This document shows positions 56,901 to 64,000 of a stretch of DNA of 64,000 nucleotides, one piece after another. Numbering within the stretch: the stretch's first letter is position 1; every line of letters begins with the position of its first letter. The DNA is from Scenedesmus sp. PABB004 (lineage: Eukaryota): contig JABVCE010000004.1 in assembly GCA_014905635.1 (NCBI GenBank), positions 1,550,001-1,614,000 of the forward strand, in the 5' to 3' direction. The translations under genes and the position numbers were made by a program. The notes beneath the pieces are model-generated. The model did not search any database and had not been told where the DNA came from. It worked only from the letters and a program-made list of their open reading frames with translations.

Positions 56901-59641
56901 CGGCGGTGGCAGCAGCGTGGACTGCGGCGCCGGGCCGTGGTGCCGGGCCGCGGCGCAGCGCGCCGGGCTGGCGGCGGCGGCGGCGCGCCCCGCCCCGCCG
57001 CTCACGTGGATGTGCGCCTGCTCCTCGGGGCGCTCCGGCACGCTGCCAAAGTCGTAGGTGGGCAGCAGGTGCACGTGGTTCAGCCCCGCCTCGCGCAGGC
57101 CCTTGAGGTGCGCGAGGCCGTTGCTCAGGCGCCCCCGCTCGCCGGGGTAGAGGTGCTGGCGCGCAAACGCGCGGTACTTGCCGCGCAGGTGGTGCGGCAC
57201 GCTCGGGTCGGTCGCGCTGCGCGGCGGCGCGGCGGCGCGGCGGCGCGGCGGCGCGGCGCGCGGGTTGTGGGCACGGAGCGTGGGCGCGTGGGCGCGGGTG
57301 CCGCCGCCGCGGGGCCGCGCAGCGCTGCGGCGCGCCCGCGCCGGGTGCGCGCGCCTGAAGTCGCGTATGTGCAGCTCGTACACGCTGACGTCGGTCCAGT
57401 GGTGCAGGCCCGGCACGGGGTGCTCCCACCAGCCGGGCGGCTGCAGCGTGGGCGAGTCGAGGTCGACAAAGACGCTGCGCTCGCCGTTGGCGGTCGTCGC
57501 GCGGCTGTAGGGGTCGGTCGCCTCGGTCGTCTCAATCTTGTTGGTCCAGGGGCAAAACACGGTCACGCGGTACTTGTACGCGCTGCGTGGTGCGTGTGGA
57601 GCGAGAGAAAGACACGCGCGCGCGTGAGCGGCGGCGACGGTGGGCGGGCGGCGGCGTGGGCGGCGGCGTGCGCGGCGCGCCGGCGGCGGCGGTGGCGGCG
57701 GCGCCGGGGCGGGCCCGGCAGCACGCGCGCCGCGCCGCGCCGCGCGCACGTGTTGGTCCAGGTCGCGGGGCGCGGGCAGGTCCACACGCCCTTGTCGTTG
57801 CGCGTCATGGGCACGACGTCCATGTGGCCCCCCGCGCCTCCCAAAAGTGCAGGAGCTCCACGTTGTGCGCGGTCGGCGCCTGCGGCAGGCGGCGACGCGC
57901 GCGCTCAGCTCATGCGCGCGCCACCGCGCCACCACGCGCACGGCCAGCGCCCTCGCGCTGCCCCGGCGGCGCGGCGGCGCGCACCCAGACGCTGACGGCG
58001 CGGCGCTTGGTGTCGCCGTCGACCACGTGGTCCCCGAGCGGCGCGTCCGTGGCGTAGAGGTCGTCCAGCATACCCGCGATCTGCACGCCGGTGCACTCGA
58101 GCACGCGCCCCGTGTGGCTCGCGACGCTCACCGCGACCTGCCCCCGCGCAAACTCGCGCACCTGCGGCGCCGCCGGGCGCGGCGGCGCGCGCCGTCAGCG
58201 CCGCGGCGCCCCCACCGCGTCGCGCCCCCGCCGCGTCGCGCAGCATGCAGCGCACAGCGCACAGCGCGCCGGTGCGGCGCGCGCGCCTTGGGGAGGTGCT
58301 GCTGCTCGATCTCTAGGTGCGTCGCGCCGTAGAGGTGCGGGTAGCGCGCCAGCACGTCGCCGGGGATGTTGAGCCCCGCGATGCGCAGCGGGATGACCGC
58401 GTCGGCGCCCTCCACGCCCTGGCCTGCGCGCGGCACGCGGCGCGGCGCGGCGCGGCGCGGAGTGTGAAGCACGCGGGCCGGCGCGCGCCGCATGCGGCGG
58501 CGGCGCGCGGGCGGGCAGAGGCGCACCCGACACGGTCATGCGGCTGTCGCGGCTGAAGTGCAGCTTGAACACGCGCTGCGGGCTCGTGAGCTCGCCGTCC
58601 TCGCTCACGGGCACGCGCCAGACGAGCGTGCTCGCCTTGACCCTGGTGCGCGCGCGGCGGCGGCGGCCGTCGGCGCGCGTCGGCGGCCGTCGGCGCCCCG
58701 CGGCCCGCCGCGCGGCGCCGCGCTGCGCCCGCGCCGCCGCCGCGCGCGCGCCGCGGGTGCGCACCAGTGGGCGTAGCTCTTGAAGAGCGTGCCCGCGGCG
58801 ATGTGGCTCATGTCTGGCTGGCTCCAGTAGGCGTGCTGCTCCGCCTGCACCAGCCACACCTCGCGCACCTGGCTGGGGTCGACGTGCTCCGCGCCTGCAC
58901 CGTCGCGGCGCGCGGCGGCGGGGTCGGCGCCGGCCACACGCCGCCGGGGCGGCGGCGCCCGCCGCCGCCTGCTGCCGCCGCGGCCGCCCGCGCGCGGCGC
59001 GCACCCGCTGCCTTTTCCTCGCCCTTGTGGATCAGCAGCCCGACATGGCCGGCGCCCGGCTTGAGCTTGATGTCCCAGTACGGCCCCTCAGGCCCCGTCC
59101 CGGTGGGCTGCTTGGGCGCGCTCCACGACGTGGCAGCCTCTACATCACCCCACAGGTGGAGGTTCCAGCCCTGCGGCGCGCGCGGGCGCGGCGCGGACGC
59201 GGCGCAGCAGCAGCGGCGGTGGGCGCGGCCGCAGCGCGGCGTGACGGCGCGGCGGCGCGCCGCGGCGGGAGTCGCGGTCGGTCGGCGGCAGCCTCGCGCG
59301 TGCTCTGCCGGGCGCGGGGCCGCGCTGGAGCGGCAGGGGGGCCGCGGCGCGCGCGTGCGTGCTTTGCTGCTCGCCGCGCCGCCGCCGCCGCCGGCCCGCC
59401 CCGATCGCGCGCCCGCCCGCCGCGGTCGGCGCACCGCGTATCGCTGGTCGCGCCGCACGTAGTGCACGCGCAGCGGGGGCTCGCCGCGCGGCTGCAGGTC
59501 GACGACGCGCCGCGGCTCCGCGGAGGCCGAGTGCGCGCCCGCCGCGGCCCGAATCACGGCGGCCCTGGCGCTCGCGGGGCGCTGTGCGCGCAGCAGGGGG
59601 GAGCGCTGGCTCAACGGCGCGCTGCTGGCGCGAGCTTGCAT
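53987..59641 (-). CDS. Pullulanase / limit dextrinase (GH13) with N-terminal pullulan-binding module, plastid-targeted
   Basis: [20 protein letters not shown] (CBM41/PUD-like), [55 protein letters not shown] and [22 protein letters not shown]. Confidence 0.95.
54557..54606. repeat. 10-bp minisatellite (GGGCGGCGCT)x5 in a pullulanase intron
   Basis: Five perfect units read directly. Confidence 0.9.
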
Positions 59642-60788
59642 CTTCTTGCCGCGAGCGCTGCGCTGCTCATCGCCGCGCGAGCGCGAGGGAGCGAGGGCGG
59701 GCAGTGCGGAGCGGGCGCCGTGGGCAGCCGGTATGCGCGGGCCGGCGCGGGCGTGCGGCGGCGGCACAGCGGCGCCTTGCGCCGCCGGCGGTGCGGCGCG
59801 CTCTGCCAGCGGCTCGCCGCCGTGTCGTCGTCGGTGATGGTGGGGTTACCGCTGCTGCTGCTGGGCGCCCAACCAAGCAATGGCCCCTCGCCGCGCCGCA
59901 CGCGCGGCGGCGCCGCGGCGGCCGCGGCGCGCAGGGGCGGCCGCGAGCCGCGGGCGCGGGCGCGGGGACGCAATTGCGCCGCCAGCGCGCGCCGCGCCCA
60001 AAAACCACCGCCGGCGGCGGGGGCAAGGCGCGCGCGCCGCGCGCGGGCGGCCCGCCGCTGCGCGCGTGCGCTGCCGCTTGCGGGCCGCCCGCGCCGCCCG
60101 GCGCGCGGCCGTGCCGACCCCAGAAAAGACGCCGGGCGCTCCCCCCCTCCGTGGCGCGCGCGCACGCGCCAGCTTGCCGCGCCAATGCGGGGCAAGCGCT
60201 GTGCAGTGCTCTGCAGTCGGCGCGGCGCGCCGGGGCGGGGCGGCCAGGCGGGCCGCCGCCGCCCCGGCGCGCGGCGCGCCTGGTGTGTGTTAGTGCGCGC
60301 GCCCCGCGGCAAGAGGTGTGTGTGGTTATTCTCGCCCGGCAGCGGCAGCAGGGGTCCCCCGCGCGGCGCGCGCCGCGAATCCTGCTGCGGCGCCGCCCGG
60401 CGCCGCCCGGTGCGGCAGGCCCGGGCGGCCCTCCCATCGTCAGCCAGCAACGCACGGCTGCTGCCTCCATCAGCCGCGGACAAAAGGTCGAACAGCCGCA
60501 CACACGCGCCCGCGCCCGCGCCAGCCGCCCGCATACCGCCCGCCCAGGCCCGGCCCGCCCAGGCCCGCCCCGCGCCAGCCCCGCCCCAGGCCCGCCCGCC
60601 CTGCCCCGCCCCCGGCGTGCGGCCGGGGCCCGCCACCCCTACTCGCCGCGCGGCGCCGCGCGGCGCGCGCGCCCGCGCCCGGCAGGCGCGCCGCCCCGCG
60701 CGGCGCCGACGCGGGGGCCTAAAAAATGCTGCCGCCGGGCCGCCGCCGCCGCTGCTGCTGCTGCTGCTGCTGCCGAGCGCCGCGGCGC

Positions 60789-62935
60789 TCAGGGCTGCAC
60801 GTCAAACGCGTACTGCTGCTGCTCGCCCGCGGGGTCGGCGCCCTGGTTGGCCGGCAGCACCTCGTCCTCCATGTACCCCGCCTCGGCGTTCTGGATGCGC
60901 TGCCGGAACGACTCGGCCATCGCCTCGGCGTTCTCAAACACCAGCTGGGGGTCGCGCACCATGTCGCCGGGCGTCTTCTCCAGCCTGGCGCGCGGACGGA
61001 ACGGACGCGGCGGCGGGGCGCGGCGGTCGGTCGGTCAGTGAGGGCCGCCGGCGCGCGCGCGCGCGCCCGCCTTTCGCCCGCGCCCGCCTGTCGCCCGCGC
61101 GCCGCCCGCGCCCCTGCCCCCTGCACGCGTCTCGTCGTCGGCGCTCACTTCTTGGTGCTGAGCGTGACGCGGCCCTTGTCGCGGTCCATGGAGAGGATCA
61201 TGACCTTGAGCTTGTCGCCGACCTGCAGCACCTGCTCCACCGTCGTGAGCCGCTCGTGCGTGATCTGGCTGATGTGCAGCAGGCCCATCGCGCCGCCGAT
61301 GTCGAGGAACGCGCCGTAGACCTTCACGCTGTGCACGACGCCCGTGACGACGTCGCCGACGTTGAAGTTCTGCATCTCCGCGTCGCTGCTCGCGCGGCGG
61401 TGGCTGAACACCAGGCGCTCCTCGTCCTGGCGCGGCGCGGCGCGGCGCGGCGCGGCGCGGGTGAGGCGGCGCCGCGCACCGCGGGCGCGGCGCGGGGCGC
61501 GGCGGGGCGGGGCGCAGACGGGGCGCGCGGCGGCAGGGGCGGCGCTGAGCGCGCCGGCGCGGCGGGTGGCGACTCACCTCGTCCACCTCCAGGAACTTGG
61601 CGGGCAGCTCGTAGCCGACATAGTCCTCCATGTTCTCAGAGTTGAGGTTCTGCGGCGCGGGCGTGAGGCGAGCGAGCGAGCGAGTCAGCCGGGCGCGGCG
61701 GCGCGGGCGTCGGCGCGCGCGCGAATCAGCAGCACGCCTCGCCGCTCCCGGCGCCGCACTCGCGCGCGGCGCCGCACCTGGCCGAGGTGGCTGGCGGGGA
61801 TGAAGCCCTCGAGGTGGTTGTACTGCACCAGCAGCCCGCCGCGCGTGGCCGCGGTCACGGTCACATACACGGGCACGTCCTCCTCCTGCATCTGCTTGAT
61901 GCGGTGCCAGAAGGTCTGGGCCTGCGCGCAGTGTGTGCAGCGCGGCGCGGCGGGACGGTTGAGGAGGCGCAACGTCGCCGCTGCGCGCGCCGCCGCCGCT
62001 GCAGCTGCCGCCGCTGCTGCTGCTGCCGCCGCTGCTGCCGCCGCTGCTGGTGCTGCTGCCGCCAAGCTGCTGCCTCCTGGCGCCGCTGCTGCCACCGCGC
62101 GCGCGCGCCGCCGCCGCCGCTGCTGCCGCCGCTGCTGCCGCCGGGCGCCGGCGCACCTCGATGGCGGCGAGGCTGAGGATGATCTCCCCGTACTCGTCCT
62201 CCTCCTCGGCCACGATGAACTCGCGCTGCATGCCGGGGCGCAGCACCTCCAGCGGCTGCGGCGGCGGGCGGGCGGCCGGGCGCGTGGGCGGGGCGGGCAG
62301 CAGCAGCAGCGGCGGCCGCGCGCGCGCGCAGCAGCGGCGGCCGCCGCCGCGCGCGCCGGCCGCCGCGCGGCCCGCGCCGGCCCGCCCGCGTGCCCGGGGG
62401 CCCGGCCGCGGGCTCTCACCGACTTGAGGCGCGCGAGGGAGCACTCGGCGAGGGGGACAAAGCCGGCCGACTTGGCCCCAATCTCGACATACGCGCCGTC
62501 CTCGTCCACCTCGTAGACGGTGCCCAGCACCTTCTGCCCCGGGCGGAGGTTGGTCTCGGACGCGGTCTCGAGCAGCTCCTCGACCTCCTGCTCAAACGGC
62601 TCGTCGAACGCGACCGCGTCGCTGAGCTCCTCGTAGTCCTGCATCTCGTCGAGGTCCTTCTCCTGCGCTGCGCCGTCCCAGAACAGCATCCAGCTCAGGA
62701 GCTCCTCCTGGGCGGCGTCCAGCTCCTCAATCCGGTAGTCCTTGCCGCCCACATCCCCCGATGGCGAGTGCGCCGCAGGGGCCGCGAAGGACGTCTCCTG
62801 CTCCTCGATGGCCGCCACCGCCGCCCCACGCTGGCCAAACTTGCGGGCCGCAAACGGGAGCGCGCTGCGCGGCGCGGCGGGCGCCAGCGCGCGGCGGGCG
62901 CCGCACACAAGCTGCCTGCGGGCCAGAAGCGCCAT
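60789..62935 (-). CDS. Plastid 30S ribosomal protein S1-like (three S1 domains)
   Basis: Transit peptide, then [32 protein letters not shown]...[44 protein letters not shown] and [13 protein letters not shown]. Confidence 0.9.
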
Positions 62936-63409
62936 TGCGGCGGCGCGCGGACGCGGGCGGCACGCTCAACACGCTCAACCGAGCGGCGCGGGGTCGGCCG
63001 TTCACGAGAGGGCGCCGCGGGCGGGCGGCGCGGGCTTCGCTCTGCTTGGCAGCGAGAGGTGGGCAGGCGCGCGCGCGGTTTTGGGGCCCTGCTCGCCCAC
63101 CGCTGGGCCCAGGAGCCGCCGCCCGGCGCCCCAGCCAAACCACCATTGCCGCGCGACCGCCCCGGCGTCGCGGCGCGCGCCTCGGGCAGGCGCCGGCGGG
63201 CGGCGCGCGCGCGCGCTGCCCCGCGGTCCCGCAGGGCGCCCGGGCGGTCCAGGGGATCGTCGCGAGCCCGGTGCCAGCGCGAGCCGGTCGCCGCGGGGCG
63301 CCGCGCCGGCGCGGCGGGGCGGTCGGCGGCCGACCGGCGGCCGCCGCTGCTGCCGAGCGCGCGGGGGCGCGCTGGCGCGGCGGCTGCGGGGACGCAGTGC
63401 GCGCCTTGA

Positions 63410-63630
63410 GTGCGTGCTTTGCCGCTCGCCGCGCCGCCGCCGCCGGCCCGCCCCGATCGCGCCCGCCCGCCGCGGTCGGCGCACCGCGCTGTACAGCGCT
63501 GGTCGCACGTAGTGCACGCGCAGCGGGGGCTCGCCGCGCGGCTGCAGGTCGACGACGCGCCGCGGCTCCGCGGAGGCCGAGTGCGCGCCCGCCGCGGCCC
63601 GAATCAGGGCGGCCCTGGCTGCTCGCGGGC
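63410..63630 (-). pseudogene. Dispersed duplicate of the pullulanase exon 1 3' half plus the intron 1 5' part (source 59355-59580)
   Basis: Near-identical sequence encoding [34 protein letters not shown], with the GTGCGC donor retained. Confidence 0.9.
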
Positions 63631-64000
63631 GGGCAGGCGCACGGCGCGGGAGCGGCGGCGGTGCGCGCGCGGCGGCACAGCGGCCCGCCCTCGCGCCGGC
63701 CCATCGCCAGCTTGCGCCCTGGGGCGCTCGCGGGCGGGGCCGGGGCAGCTCGCGAGCGCTCTTCAAGGAGTTGGTTACATTTTCGCAAACAACGCGCCGA
63801 CAGCTTCGCCCCCAGGCCCCCGCACCGCCCGTCGGGCCGCACACACGCCGCCGGCCTCGCGACGAGCAGCTCAGGCAAGCAAGCAGCCCAGCCCCCCCGC
63901 CCGCGCCCGCAGCCGGGCGCAGAGTCCGCTCGCGGCGACCCGCCCCGCCCCTCCCCGGCGCGCGACGGGCAATGCGTGCGCCAGGCCTGCAGAAGACGTC

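Noticed and set aside
1571..57833. Programmed frameshifting or pseudogenisation of the YTH, UBZ, MYND and pullulanase genes
   Set aside because: Nearly all breaks are single missing bases in G/C homopolymers, the typical consensus error.
3299..62935. Introns as a family of Introner mobile elements
   Set aside because: Introns share only composition, GT/GC-GCGC starts and CTGAC/CTCAC branch-like words. I saw no extended sequence identity between them by eye; an all-vs-all alignment would settle it.
41846..62935. A functional cluster of plastid genes (PPL1, pullulanase, S1)
   Set aside because: They are interspersed with unrelated genes and share no pathway, which is expected by chance in an alga.
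1..64000. Hundreds of long overlapping R/A/P/G-rich ORFs, including 800+ aa ORFs such as 17159-19705, 33830-36520 and 59027-61645
   Set aside because: Stop-codon scarcity at extreme GC explains them. They are antisense or intron read-through shadows of spliced genes.

Overview
Very GC-rich, intron-dense eukaryotic nuclear DNA from a chlorophyte green alga (inferred from plastid-targeted PsbP-like, pullulanase and S1 genes, TGTAA poly(A) signals and mostly ~80-150 nt GC-rich introns; probably Sphaeropleales). The six-frame ORFs are mostly spurious, so genes were rebuilt by hand-splicing. About 23 genes were found: YTH protein, TPR/2OG-Fe(II) oxygenase, two copies of a secreted Cys-rich protein, a CBS+DCC thiol-oxidoreductase fusion, katanin/spastin-type AAA ATPase, CoA-binding protein, rhomboid protease, UFD2, TcdA, TM-MYND-TPR-RING protein, UBZ protein, DUF1990, centrin-like, BAP31-like, propionyl-CoA carboxylase alpha, signal-peptide adenine deaminase, PPL1, PP7, a MYND protein, GT14-like protein, pullulanase and plastid S1. 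The main observations are: (i) an A-B-A-B-A amplification (5397-11725) in which a whole 2-kb gene cassette sits between copies of a 788-bp host segment with both breakpoints in introns; (ii) at least 23 GC-AG introns, all with exon-terminal AG, roughly 15% of introns; (iii) an 8-nt microexon; (iv) a dispersed copy of pullulanase exon 1 upstream of the S1 gene; (v) several unusual domain architectures. Several apparent frameshifts fall in G/C homopolymers and are probably consensus errors.
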